Source: a bacterium
GTDB lineage: Bacteria > UBA8248
Reading direction: 5' to 3'
NCBI GenBank assembly: GCA_965207065.1
Contig: OZ242260.1
Location: 544,001-608,000 of the forward strand
DNA: 64,000 bases
Of this stretch, positions 1-9,425 are shown piece by piece (the first letter of the stretch is position 1; each line of letters opens with the position of its first letter). Under the pieces are notes generated by a model. It did no database searches and had not been told where the DNA came from. It worked only from the letters and a program-made list of their open reading frames with translations. Made by a program: the position numbers and the translations under genes.

Positions 1-529
1 AAACAAGCTTATCACCGGGTTTCGCCCCCTGGTTCGTCACCATCTCTCTGGGGTCGACCGTTCCTGTGACGGCGATGCCGTATTTGGGCTCCACGTCATC
101 CACGCTGTGGCCACCCAAGATGACGCCGCCCGCCTCGCGCATCTTGTCCGCACCGCCTGCCAGGATTCTCCCCAGCACGTCCAGACCGATATGGCAGGGA
201 AACCCCACCAGATTCAGTCCGGTAATCGGCTGCGCGCCCATGGTGAAGCAATCGCTCAGCGCGTTGGCAGCGGCTATCTGGCCATAGTCGTAAGGATCGT
301 CCACGATGGGCGTGAAAAAATCCACCGTCTGGACGATGGCCAGATCCTCTCTGAGTCGATAAACGCCCGTATCGTCCCCGGCGTTCGTTCCGTAGAGCAG
401 GTTGGGGTCCGAAAACGGCTCAAACTGGCTCAAAGCCTCTCGCAGGTCCTCCGGACCCAGCTTCGAACCTCACCCGCCCGCCTTGACCATCCGGGTAAGT
501 TGTACTTTTCTCTCCGATGCAGTCGCCAT
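1..529 (-). CDS. selD: Selenide, water dikinase (selenophosphate synthetase), selenocysteine-containing; 3' part runs off the window
   Basis: Manual translation from ATG 529 (AGGAG upstream): MATASERKVQLTRMVKAGG-TGA-GSKLGPEDL...GDDTGVYRL...VQTVDFFTPIVDDPYDYGQIAAANALSD...GGHSVDDVEPKYGIAVTG. The in-frame TGA at 472-470 is at the catalytic Cys/Sec position of the UxxK motif. Confidence 0.96.
442..461 (-). promoter_or_regulatory. Putative bacterial SECIS hairpin of selD
   Basis: Minus-strand GCTGGGTCC-GGA-GGACCTGC; GGTCC/GGACC stem with a G-starting loop 17 nt after the UGA. Confidence 0.7.
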
Positions 530-661
530 TCTCTCTCCTGATATCCCGACGCGGCTTGGGAAAATTCCCGTCCGGGGGGATAATAATACATCTTCAGATG
601 ATAGACAAAAAACTGATTTCTTTCCCCTGTTTCCAATGAATGCGCCAGAAAGGACTCCTGA

Positions 662-1630
662 ATGAAAGTCGTGATTTCAGATGATTACCAAGACTGCATC
701 CGCCACCTCGAGTGTTTCTCAAAAATGGGTGGCCACGACGTGACTATCCACAACGATACGAAGGACAACATCGACGCCCTTGCTGAGCGGTTCCGGGACG
801 CAGAAGCCATCGTCCTGATCAGGGAGCGCACCCACATCACCGAAGCACTGCTCGCCAGACTCCCCAATCTCAAAATCGTGAGCCAGACGGGCGCCGGCTT
901 CGGCGGGCACGTCGACCTGGAAGCCTGCACCCGCCACAAAGTGGCCGTGGCCGCAGGGGGGACCGGCACGCACTCCACGTGTGAACTCACCTGGGGCCTC
1001 ATCCACTGCGCCATACGCTCCATCCCTCAGGAAATCAAAAACCTGGAGAATGGCGGCTGGCAGACTACACTGGGTGAGGACTTGTTCGGCAAAACGCTCG
1101 GCGTGTATTCCTACGGCAACATCGGCAGTCAGGTAGCTGCAGTGGGAAAAGCGTTCGGCATGGACGTCATCACCTACGGAAGAGAGGGTTCCGCCGAGCG
1201 CGCCCGTACGGACGGCATCCCGATGGCGGGCAGCAAGGAGGCGCTCTTCGCGGAGTCCGACATCGTAAGCCTCCATATCCGCCTGATTCCCCAGACGAGT
1301 GGCATCGTGACGGCGAAGGACTTGAGCCTCATGAAGCCGAGCGCCCTTTTGGTGAACACCAGCCGCGCAGGGCTGATAGAAGAAGGCGCCCTCGAAGCCG
1401 CGCTCAAGGCGGGAAGGCCCGGTTTCGCCGCCGTGGACGTGTATGAGCAAGAGCCCGTCCGGGGAGCCGAACACCCGCTCATCAGCATGGAGAACGCGGT
1501 TTGCACGCCGCATCTGGGCTACGTCACGAGAGGCACGTTTGAGAGATATTTCGGTATCGCCTTTGATCAAATCAACGCTTACGCCGACGGGAAGCCGATA
1601 AACATCCACAACCCCGAAGTCCTGGAGTGA
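662..1630 (+). CDS. D-2-hydroxyacid dehydrogenase family protein
   Basis: GVYSYGNIGSQV Rossmann-like motif, VNTSRAGLI, DVYEQEP, TPHLGY catalytic motifs. Confidence 0.9.
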   Translation: MKVVISDDYQDCIRHLECFSKMGGHDVTIHNDTKDNIDALAERFRDAEAIVLIRERTHITEALLARLPNLKIVSQTGAGFGGHVDLEACTRHKVAVAAGGTGTHSTCELTWGLIHCAIRSIPQEIKNLENGGWQTTLGEDLFGKTLGVYSYGNIGSQVAAVGKAFGMDVITYGREGSAERARTDGIPMAGSKEALFAESDIVSLHIRLIPQTSGIVTAKDLSLMKPSALLVNTSRAGLIEEGALEAALKAGRPGFAAVDVYEQEPVRGAEHPLISMENAVCTPHLGYVTRGTFERYFGIAFDQINAYADGKPINIHNPEVLE

Positions 1631-1736
1631 GGATTATATCGTGCCGATCCTGTATTCGGCTTGATTTTTTGCGCAAGGCGGTGTTCAATCGCCTCCCGAA
1701 GCTGGGAAATCACTTACATCTTTGAGGTTCACCAAC

Positions 1737-2879
1737 TTGGAATTTGCTTTTAACGAGCGCCAGGAACTCATGCGCCGCACGCTGCATGAGCTTCTGGAGC
1801 GGGTCTGTCCCCCTGAATACGCAATGGATTGTGACAAGAAGGGCGACGCTCCCGTCGAGGCATACAAGGCCTTGGCTGATGATGGCTGGATAGGCGTATC
1901 CACGCCAGAGGAATACGGCGGCATGGGAGGCGACGCGCTCGATCTGGCCCTAGTCCTGGAAACGGCAGGCATGCACTATCTGGACCTCGCCACCATGATC
2001 TTCAGAAACGTCTGCTACGGTGTGGACGCCCTCCTCGTCAGTGGAACAGATGCCCAGAAAAATGACTTCATCCCCGCCACCATCCAGGGAGAGAAGTATT
2101 TCGCATTTAGTCTCACCGAACCCGACGCCGGCTCAGACGCCGCGGCCATCATCGCCCGCGCGGACCGCGAAGAAGACCGCTTCCGTCTCACGGGCACGAA
2201 AAACTTCACTTCCGGCATGCCGACGGCCACGCATATCCTCGTCGCCGCGCGAACGGACAACTCGGGCGCCAAGCACGAGGGCATCACGAATTTCATCATC
2301 CCTGCCGACGCCGAGGGCGTCACCTGGTCGAAGCTCGATTTGCTCGGCCACCGGGCGATGGGCACCTGCGTGGCGCATTATGACGCCGTGGAGGCGGGCA
2401 TAGACGACGTTCTAGGGGAGGTGGGGGACGGCTGGCAAGGCCTGATGGCGTACATTACCACCGAGCGTCTGTGCCTCTCCGCAGCGCGAACGGGCGCGGC
2501 GGCGGCCGCTCTTGAGCTGGCTCTGAGTCACGCGAAGGAGAGGAAACAGTTCGGCCGCCCCATCGGCAAGTTCCAGGCCGTCAGCCACATGCTCACTGAG
2601 ATGCACATGCTCGTCGACACGGCGCGGCTCCAGGTTTACCGGTTCGCCTGGCTGGTCTCGCAGGGAAAAGCGGGGCGCATCGAGGCGGCGACACTCAAGC
2701 TCTACGCTGGAGAGGCATATAAGCGGGTGGCCGACCTGGGCGTTCAGGTGATGGGCGGGTACGGCTACAGCGGAGAATACGCCATGGAGCGTCACTACCG
2801 CGACGCGCGTCTGGCCACTATCGGCGCGGGCACGAGCGAGGTGCAGAGAAACATCATCGCCAAGGCCCTGGGGTTGTAG
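1737..2879 (+). CDS. Acyl-CoA dehydrogenase family protein
   Basis: FSLTEPDAGSD, RKQFGRPIGKFQAV, QVMGGYGY, IGAGTSEVQR motifs; TTG start after GAGGT. Confidence 0.92.
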   Translation: MEFAFNERQELMRRTLHELLERVCPPEYAMDCDKKGDAPVEAYKALADDGWIGVSTPEEYGGMGGDALDLALVLETAGMHYLDLATMIFRNVCYGVDALLVSGTDAQKNDFIPATIQGEKYFAFSLTEPDAGSDAAAIIARADREEDRFRLTGTKNFTSGMPTATHILVAARTDNSGAKHEGITNFIIPADAEGVTWSKLDLLGHRAMGTCVAHYDAVEAGIDDVLGEVGDGWQGLMAYITTERLCLSAARTGAAAAALELALSHAKERKQFGRPIGKFQAVSHMLTEMHMLVDTARLQVYRFAWLVSQGKAGRIEAATLKLYAGEAYKRVADLGVQVMGGYGYSGEYAMERHYRDARLATIGAGTSEVQRNIIAKALGL

Positions 2880-2972
2880 GAATTTCGCTGAGGATGCTTG
2901 AAGATTTCCCCAAAAGAACCGAAACTGAAGACTATCCAAACGATAAAGCGATTATCTTGAGGAAGCGAATTC

Positions 2973-3440
2973 ATGCCGTTGGATAAAAGCGTACTGGAGA
3001 GAACCTTCCCAGATTTCGAATTCCGGGTCGAACGCGGCAAAATCAGGGAATACGCTCTCGTCCTGGGGCTTACCGACCCGGTGCACACGGATGTGGAGGC
3101 CGCACGAGCCGCGGGTTTTGATGATCTGCTTGCTCCGCCGACGTTCGTGCGCCAGTTCTGGCACGAAAATCCCGAGAACGACCCCATGCCCCATCTCGGC
3201 TACGACCCCAAGCGCCGTCTCCACGGGGAGCAGGAATTCGAATACCACAAGCCCCTGGTCGCCGGCATGAACCTTAAGGGGCAAAACGCCATCGTCTCCA
3301 CCCGCGAGAAGGAAGGCCGCCGGGGCGGGATGATGACCTTCGTCGTAATCGAAACCAGATTCTTGGACGAGACGGGCGAACTGGTTCAGGTGGCGAGGCG
3401 AACTCTCATCGAGACCGCGGCCCCACCCAAAGAGGCCTGA
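2973..3440 (+). CDS. MaoC-like dehydratase N-terminal-type hot-dog protein
   Basis: VERGKIREYA, DPVHTD..AARAAGF..APPTF, LHGEQEFEYHKPL. Confidence 0.88.
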   Translation: MPLDKSVLERTFPDFEFRVERGKIREYALVLGLTDPVHTDVEAARAAGFDDLLAPPTFVRQFWHENPENDPMPHLGYDPKRRLHGEQEFEYHKPLVAGMNLKGQNAIVSTREKEGRRGGMMTFVVIETRFLDETGELVQVARRTLIETAAPPKEA

Positions 3441-3452
3441 TGGAGCATTTAC

Positions 3453-3884
3453 ATGACGATAGCTACAAAATACGCGAAATGGGAAGAACTTGCCGAGGGT
3501 ACAGAGCGTGAACTGACGGTTGGCCCCATCACCCGGACGGACCTCGTTCGCTACGCAGGAGCCAGCGGAGATTTCAACCCCAACCACCACGATGAGATTT
3601 ACGCCATCCGGGCTGGGTTCGACAAACCCTTCGCGCACGGGATGCTCCAGGGCGGATATCTTGCCCGCCTTCTCAGTGAATGGCTGGGGCCGGATTCGTT
3701 CAAGAACTTGAAAATACGCTTCAGCGCGCAAGCATGGCCGGGCGACATGGTGATTTGCAAGGCCAGGGTCGTGCGTCAATATGAAGAGGCAGAGCAACCG
3801 ATGGTCGAAATCGAGGCGAGCGCCGAGAATCAGCGCGGCGATGTGCTCATCAAGGCGACGGCGACAGCCGCTCCCCAATCTTAA
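3453..3884 (+). CDS. MaoC family (R)-hydratase/dehydratase
   Basis: YAGASGDFNPNHHDE..A..AGF..PFAHGML hydratase-2 motif. Confidence 0.9.
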   Translation: MTIATKYAKWEELAEGTERELTVGPITRTDLVRYAGASGDFNPNHHDEIYAIRAGFDKPFAHGMLQGGYLARLLSEWLGPDSFKNLKIRFSAQAWPGDMVICKARVVRQYEEAEQPMVEIEASAENQRGDVLIKATATAAPQS

Positions 3885-3900
3885 TTTAAGGAATTCTCTG

Positions 3901-5112
3901 ATGCTGGCAGGCTACCGCATCCTCGATCTTGGACAGGTTATCGCAGGCACCATCGGCAGCATGATTCTCGCCGACATGGGCGCCGAGGTCATCAAGGTCG
4001 AATCTCCCCAGGGCGATATCGGGCGCAACCCCGCCATTGCGGGCATCGGCCCCGTTTCGAGCATCTTCCTCACCTTCAACCGGGGAAAGAAGGGCATCGT
4101 CATCGACCTGAAAAAGCCCGAAGGCAAGGAAGTGTTCTTGGACCTGGTGGAAAAATCAGACGCCGTGATGGTGAACTTCAGGCCCGGCACGATGGATCGG
4201 CTGGGACTTGGATATGACGTCATGAAGCGGAGAAACCCCGACATCGTGTTCGTCGATTCGAGCGGATACGGGGAACAAGGCCCCTGGCGCGATAAACCGG
4301 CCTTCGATCTCGTCGAACAGGCCGTAAGCGGCCACATGGCCATCACAGGCGAGCCGAACCGCCCGCCCGCCAGGAACGGCTCGCCCACGGCAGATATCTC
4401 TACAGCCCTCTACACCGCCATCGCCTGTATGGCGGGCTTGCTGGCCAAGGCGAAAGGAAGAAGCGGAGCCCACCTCGAAGTGCCGATGTTCGACGTCCAA
4501 CTCGCCATGCTCGGCTATATTTCGACCATGTATCTCAACAACGGCGATATTCCCGAGCCGCCCGGCAACGCGCATGAGTACATGGTGCCCTACCAGGCGT
4601 TTCCGACGGCCACGATCTACATCGTACTCTCCCCACGCGAGGAACGTTTTTGGAAAAAGATGTGCGAGGTCATGGGAATGGCCGAACTGGCTGACGACCC
4701 GCGCTTCCGCACGAACGACCTGCGCTCCGAGAACAGGGACGTCCTTCTGCCCATTATGGAAGAAATTCTCATGACCCGCTCGGGCGAGGAGTGGATTGAA
4801 CTCTTCGAGGCGGCGGGGGTGCCCTCCGCACCTGTTAACCCGCTCGATCGAGCACTCGACAATGAGCAGGTCGAGGCGAGGCGTCTCATTAGAGAATATG
4901 AATACCCCGAAGTCGGAACGGTAAAAATTGTGGGCAACCCCATCCTGAACCGCACGGAAAACGGAAACCCGGACCCAGAACCCGCTCCCCTTCACGGGGG
5001 CGATTCCGAGGACATACTCCGCGAGCTTCTTCATTACAAGGATGAACAAATCCACACACTCATCGATTCCAGGGTGGTCATCGCTACCGGCTCCGAAGTT
5101 TCCAAAAAATAA
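3901..5112 (+). CDS. CaiB/BaiF family (class III) CoA-transferase
   Basis: LAGYRILDL, LADMGAEVIKVESP.GD, FNRGKK, NFRPG, LADDPRF motifs. Confidence 0.92.
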   Translation: MLAGYRILDLGQVIAGTIGSMILADMGAEVIKVESPQGDIGRNPAIAGIGPVSSIFLTFNRGKKGIVIDLKKPEGKEVFLDLVEKSDAVMVNFRPGTMDRLGLGYDVMKRRNPDIVFVDSSGYGEQGPWRDKPAFDLVEQAVSGHMAITGEPNRPPARNGSPTADISTALYTAIACMAGLLAKAKGRSGAHLEVPMFDVQLAMLGYISTMYLNNGDIPEPPGNAHEYMVPYQAFPTATIYIVLSPREERFWKKMCEVMGMAELADDPRFRTNDLRSENRDVLLPIMEEILMTRSGEEWIELFEAAGVPSAPVNPLDRALDNEQVEARRLIREYEYPEVGTVKIVGNPILNRTENGNPDPEPAPLHGGDSEDILRELLHYKDEQIHTLIDSRVVIATGSEVSKK

Positions 5113-5311
5113 GCAGCGCCAGTCATCGCCGGCGCTATTATCGAACTGAAAACCGCGCTTTTCCCATTCCCCATCGAATACACTCCCGAAAAAGTCCGGA
5201 ATTTAAGTAGAATTTCACAAAATTATGTCGATCCGGGGTTGATTTCGTTTTATTTTCGTTATATTGTTCGTCTTATCTTTGCTACTCCACGACACAACCC
5301 GGAGATGTGCC

Positions 5312-6844
5312 ATGCTTGCCAAAACCCAAGCAGCAGCCGTATTGGGCGTAGACGCCTACCCTGTCGAAGTGGAAGTCGACCTCGCCTCAGGTCTTCCCTA
5401 TTACGCCACTGTCGGCCTGCCCGACGCCGCCGTTAAGGAGAGCAAGGACAGGATTCGGGCCGCCATCTTTAACACGGGCTTCATCTACCCGATGGGGCGC
5501 ATCACCGTCAGCCTCTCACCAGCAGACGTCCGCAAGGAGGGCAGCGCCTTCGATTTGCCCATTGCGCTCTCCATACTGCGCGCGAACGGCGTGTTTCACT
5601 CACGCTCTCAAATGGAGGATTCCCTGCTATTTCTGGGTGAATTGGCGCTGGATGGTTCCCTGCGGCCCATCCGGGGAGCGCTCAACATCGCCGTTCTCGC
5701 CAAGAAGATGGGCAAGCGCGGCCTCGTCCTCCCGGCGGAGAACGCTCCCGAAGCGGCCGTGGTCGACAAACTCGAGGTCTATCCCGTACACACGCTTCCC
5801 CAGGTGGTGGGATTCATCCGCGAAGAAATCGATATTCCTCCGGCGTGCTGCCAGAAAAACGGAATAGAGACAAAACAGACTGAAGGAATCGATTTCTCGG
5901 ACATCCGGGGACAGCACCAGGCCAAGCGCTCCGTCGAGGTCGCTGCCGCTGGCTCGCACAATCTGTTGATGATAGGCCCACCCGGCAGCGGAAAAAGTAT
6001 GTTGGCAAAAAGATTCCCCACGATACTCCCCCCACTCTCATTGGATGAGGCCATCGAGACCAGCCAGGTGTGGAGCGTGCTCGGCAAGCTCACGAAGCAT
6101 GATTCCCTGATTCAGGAACGACCCTTCCGCGCCCCGCACCACACCATCAGCGACGCAGGCCTTGTGGGCGGAGGCGCGCTCCCGCTGCCCGGTGAGGCCT
6201 CACTCGCGCACAACGGCGTGTTGTTCCTCGATGAACTGCCCGAGTTTCGGAAAAACGTGCTCGAATCCCTGCGTGGTCCGCTCGAAGACGGGAAGATCAC
6301 CATCAGCAGAGCGCAGGCGAGCCTCTCGTTTCCGGCTCGCTTTATGCTAACCGCCGCGATGAACCCCTGCATTTGCGGCCTGCGGACGGACGGCGCATGC
6401 ACCTGTACGCCCAAGCAGGTGGCCCGGTACCGCTCGCGCATCTCGGGGCCGATTCTCGATCGCATCGACATCCACATCAACGTGCCGAGAGTACCCTGGA
6501 AAGAGCTGGCCGAAGACCCAGAGGGCGAGAGTTCCGCGACGATCAGAAACCGCGTTCTCGCGGCGCAGAAGATTCAGAAAGCGCGCTTCAAGGACCACCC
6601 AGGTATTTACGCCAACGCCCACATGGGGCCCGCTCTCATCAACGAACACTGCAAGCTCGACGCCGAGGGAAGACGCCTGCTCAAGCTAGCGGTGGAGAAA
6701 CTGGGCCTATCGGCGCGCGCTTATCATCGCGTGCTGAAAGTGGCGCGGACCATAAGCGATCTGGCCGGGGAAAGAGACATCTCTCCCCAGCATGTGGCGG
6801 AGGCGGTTCAGTACCGCCAACTGGACAGACAGATGCCCGTCTGA
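5312..6844 (+). CDS. comM: YifB/ComM family Mg-chelatase-like AAA+ ATPase
   Basis: VGLPDAAVKESKDRIRAA, GPPGSGKSM Walker A, RAPHHTIS, LAHNGVLFLDELPEF, LSARAYHRVLKVARTI. Confidence 0.93.
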   Translation: MLAKTQAAAVLGVDAYPVEVEVDLASGLPYYATVGLPDAAVKESKDRIRAAIFNTGFIYPMGRITVSLSPADVRKEGSAFDLPIALSILRANGVFHSRSQMEDSLLFLGELALDGSLRPIRGALNIAVLAKKMGKRGLVLPAENAPEAAVVDKLEVYPVHTLPQVVGFIREEIDIPPACCQKNGIETKQTEGIDFSDIRGQHQAKRSVEVAAAGSHNLLMIGPPGSGKSMLAKRFPTILPPLSLDEAIETSQVWSVLGKLTKHDSLIQERPFRAPHHTISDAGLVGGGALPLPGEASLAHNGVLFLDELPEFRKNVLESLRGPLEDGKITISRAQASLSFPARFMLTAAMNPCICGLRTDGACTCTPKQVARYRSRISGPILDRIDIHINVPRVPWKELAEDPEGESSATIRNRVLAAQKIQKARFKDHPGIYANAHMGPALINEHCKLDAEGRRLLKLAVEKLGLSARAYHRVLKVARTISDLAGERDISPQHVAEAVQYRQLDRQMPV

Positions 6845-6867
6845 ACCTTGCGGCCTCGATATTGAGA

Positions 6868-6896
6868 TTGACGCGCATTCGCCTTGTTTGTAATTT
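6868..6896 (+). promoter_or_regulatory. Putative sigma70 promoter of LLM copy 1
   Basis: TTGACG-N17-TAATTT; retained as TTGACG-N17-TATTTT in copy 2. Confidence 0.5.
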
Positions 6897-6976
6897 CAAA
6901 AAAAAAGCGCAGCCAATACATGCGCGCCCAATTTGGGCTATACTGGTTGCATCTACCACCATAGAGGTTTTCGGAT

Positions 6977-8092
6977 ATGGGAACCGAATACGCTTGGTTT
7001 CTCCCGTCGGCCAGGGCGGGTGACGGCCAAAAGATCAACACCCGGAAGCCTGAGCGAAAACCCACCATCGAGTATCTCTCGCGCGTTGCGAGCGCCGCCG
7101 AGCGGGCCGGTTTCGTAAACCTTCTGGTGCCCACAGGCACCCACTGCCTGGACGCCTGGCTCGTGGCCGCGGGCGTAGCGCAGCATACCGAAAGAATCAA
7201 ATTTTGCGTGGCGTTTCGACCGGGTCTCACCAGCCCCGTATTCGCCGCCCAGACGGCGAGTACACTCGATACGCTCACCGGCGGTCGCTTGACGCTCAAC
7301 GTCGTCACCGGATCGAGCCATACTGAGCAGATGCGCTACGGCGACCACCTTGTACATGATGAGCGCTACGACAGGACGGAGGAGTTTCTGGAAATCGTCA
7401 CACGAATCTGGAGCGCCGACGCTCCCATCACCTACCAAGGGAAGTATTTCGACATCAGAGAAGCCGCCTTTTTCCCGATCCACGTCTCAAAACCCTGGCC
7501 GCCTATCTATCTCGGCGGAAGCTCGGAGCCCGGCCGCCGGGTGGGAGCGAAATTCTCGGACGTGCACATGATGTACGCCGTGGATTTGGAGACCATCGCC
7601 AAGGACGCGCTCGACATGAAGCGTCGCGCCGCGGAGGTCGGCCGCGAAGAGCAGATAAAATTCGGCGTCCGGATGCACATCCTTTGCCGGGAGACAAAGG
7701 AGGAGGCAAAAAAAGCCGCACAAGCGCTCATCGAGGGGAGCGACATCTCGAACGTGCAGGTCTGGGCCGATTTGAAGACCAAATCGGAGAGCATCGGCCA
7801 GACGCGCGTGAACGAACTGGCGAAGGGCGAATCTCTCTGGATCACCGACACCTTGTGGATGGGCGTGAACACGGTTCGCGCGGGCCCGGGCGCCTGCCTG
7901 GTGGGAACGCCGGACATGATCGCCAAGGCGCTCAAGGAATACGTGGACGTGGGCGTTCACACGTTCATTCTCTCCGGCTGGCCGCACGTCGAGGAAGTCG
8001 AGATATTCGGACGCGAGATAATGCCCCTGCTCGAGGATACGGAGCCCATCACCCTGGAGCAACCCTTACCCGCACTCGCGGAATACGATTGA
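6977..8092 (+). CDS. LLM-class FMNH2-dependent monooxygenase, SsuD/MsuD-like (copy 1)
   Basis: WFLP..GDG, AAERAGF..LLVPTG..C.DAW, AFRPG, GGRLTLNVVTG, HDERYDRTEEFL, LVGTP, FILSGWPH. Confidence 0.9.
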   Translation: MGTEYAWFLPSARAGDGQKINTRKPERKPTIEYLSRVASAAERAGFVNLLVPTGTHCLDAWLVAAGVAQHTERIKFCVAFRPGLTSPVFAAQTASTLDTLTGGRLTLNVVTGSSHTEQMRYGDHLVHDERYDRTEEFLEIVTRIWSADAPITYQGKYFDIREAAFFPIHVSKPWPPIYLGGSSEPGRRVGAKFSDVHMMYAVDLETIAKDALDMKRRAAEVGREEQIKFGVRMHILCRETKEEAKKAAQALIEGSDISNVQVWADLKTKSESIGQTRVNELAKGESLWITDTLWMGVNTVRAGPGACLVGTPDMIAKALKEYVDVGVHTFILSGWPHVEEVEIFGREIMPLLEDTEPITLEQPLPALAEYD

Positions 8093-8158
8093 AGATAAAG
8101 AATACCGCCAACTCAACTGACAGATGCCCGTCAGATCCTCACGGCCCCGGTCTTGAGA

Positions 8159-8187
8159 TTGACGCGCTTCCACCTTGTTTGTATTTT
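8159..8187 (+). promoter_or_regulatory. Putative sigma70 promoter of LLM copy 2
   Basis: TTGACG-N17-TATTTT. Confidence 0.5.
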
Positions 8188-8266
8188 CAGAATCAGGCGA
8201 AGCGAATACATGCGCGCCCATTTCGCGCTATACTGAGCGCATCTCTCACCACTGAGGTATTGGGAT

Positions 8267-9382
8267 ATGGGGACTGAATACGCTTGGTTTCTCCCGTCGG
8301 CCAGGGCCGGAGACGGCCACAAAATCAACACCAGGGTGCCTGAGCGGAAACCCACCATCGAATACCTCTCCCAAGTGGCGAGCGCCGCCGAGCGAGCCGG
8401 TTTTGTAAACCTTCTGGTGCCTACCGGTACCCACTGCATGGACGCCTGGCTCGTGGCCGCAGGCGTGGCTCAGCACACGGAGAGGATCAAGTTCTGCGTG
8501 GCGTTCCGCCCCGGCCTCACCAGCCCCGTATTCGCCGCCCAGACGGCGAGCACGCTTGATGCGCTCACCGGCGGGCGCTTGACGCTCAACGTCGTCACAG
8601 GCTCGAGCCATGTCGAGCAAATGCGCTACGGCGACCACCTCGTGCACGATGAGCGTTACGACAGGACGGAGGAGTTCCTGGACATCGTCACACGCATCTG
8701 GAGCGCCGACGCTCCCATCACCTACAAGGGAAAGTATTTCGACATACGAGAAGCCGCTTTTTTCCCGATCCATGTCTCAAAGCCCTGGCCACCCATCTAT
8801 CTCGGCGGAAGCTCGGAACCCGGCCGCCGGGTGGGAGCGAAATTCTCGGACGTGCACATGATGTACGCGGTCGACGTCGAAACCATCGCCAAGGACGCGC
8901 TCGACATGAAGCGGCGCGCCGCGGAGTTCGACCGCGAGGATAAGATACAATTCGGCGTTCGGATGCACATCCTATGTCGGGAGACCAGGGCGGAGGCGAA
9001 AAAAGCCGCGCAGGCGCTCATCGAGGGTAGCGACATTTCGAACGTGCAGGCCTGGGCCGACATGAAGACCAGAACGGAGAGCACCGGCCAGACGCGGGTC
9101 AACGAACTGGCGAAGGGCGAATCTCTCTGGATCACCGACACCTTGTGGATGGGTGTGAACACCGTTCGCGCCGGCGCGGGCGCCTCGCTGGTGGGTACGC
9201 CCGACATGATCGCCAAGGCGCTCAAGGAATACGTGGACGCGGGTGTTCACACGTTTATCCTATCCGGGTGGCCGCATGTCGAGGAAGTAGAGATATTCGG
9301 GCGTGAGATCATGCCGCTGCTTGCGGATACCGACCCCATCACCCTGGAGCAACCCTTACCCGCACTCGCGGAATACGACTGA
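8267..9382 (+). CDS. LLM-class FMNH2-dependent monooxygenase, SsuD/MsuD-like (copy 2)
   Basis: 371 aa; about 26 substitutions relative to copy 1 by manual comparison. Confidence 0.9.
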   Translation: MGTEYAWFLPSARAGDGHKINTRVPERKPTIEYLSQVASAAERAGFVNLLVPTGTHCMDAWLVAAGVAQHTERIKFCVAFRPGLTSPVFAAQTASTLDALTGGRLTLNVVTGSSHVEQMRYGDHLVHDERYDRTEEFLDIVTRIWSADAPITYKGKYFDIREAAFFPIHVSKPWPPIYLGGSSEPGRRVGAKFSDVHMMYAVDVETIAKDALDMKRRAAEFDREDKIQFGVRMHILCRETRAEAKKAAQALIEGSDISNVQAWADMKTRTESTGQTRVNELAKGESLWITDTLWMGVNTVRAGAGASLVGTPDMIAKALKEYVDAGVHTFILSGWPHVEEVEIFGREIMPLLADTDPITLEQPLPALAEYD

Positions 9383-9425
9383 ATATAAATAAGAGAGCCA
9401 AGACAACGGGAAGAGGAAACCATTG

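Larger units (their letters stand above)
6812..9390 (+). repeat. Tandem duplication of about 1.29 kb (comM 3' tip, promoter and LLM monooxygenase gene)
   Basis: TACCGCCAACT...GACAGATGCCCGTC occurs at 6812 and 8103; upstream regions are co-linear; the two CDS start 1290 bp apart. Confidence 0.93.

Noticed and set aside
66-665. ORFs 66-287, 107-541, 402-665 and 430-636
   Set aside because: Antisense or off-frame shadows of selD.
6812-8130. comM 3' duplication as attL/attR of an integrative element
   Set aside because: No recombinase or conjugation genes; homology extends through the whole promoter and gene, fitting simple tandem duplication.
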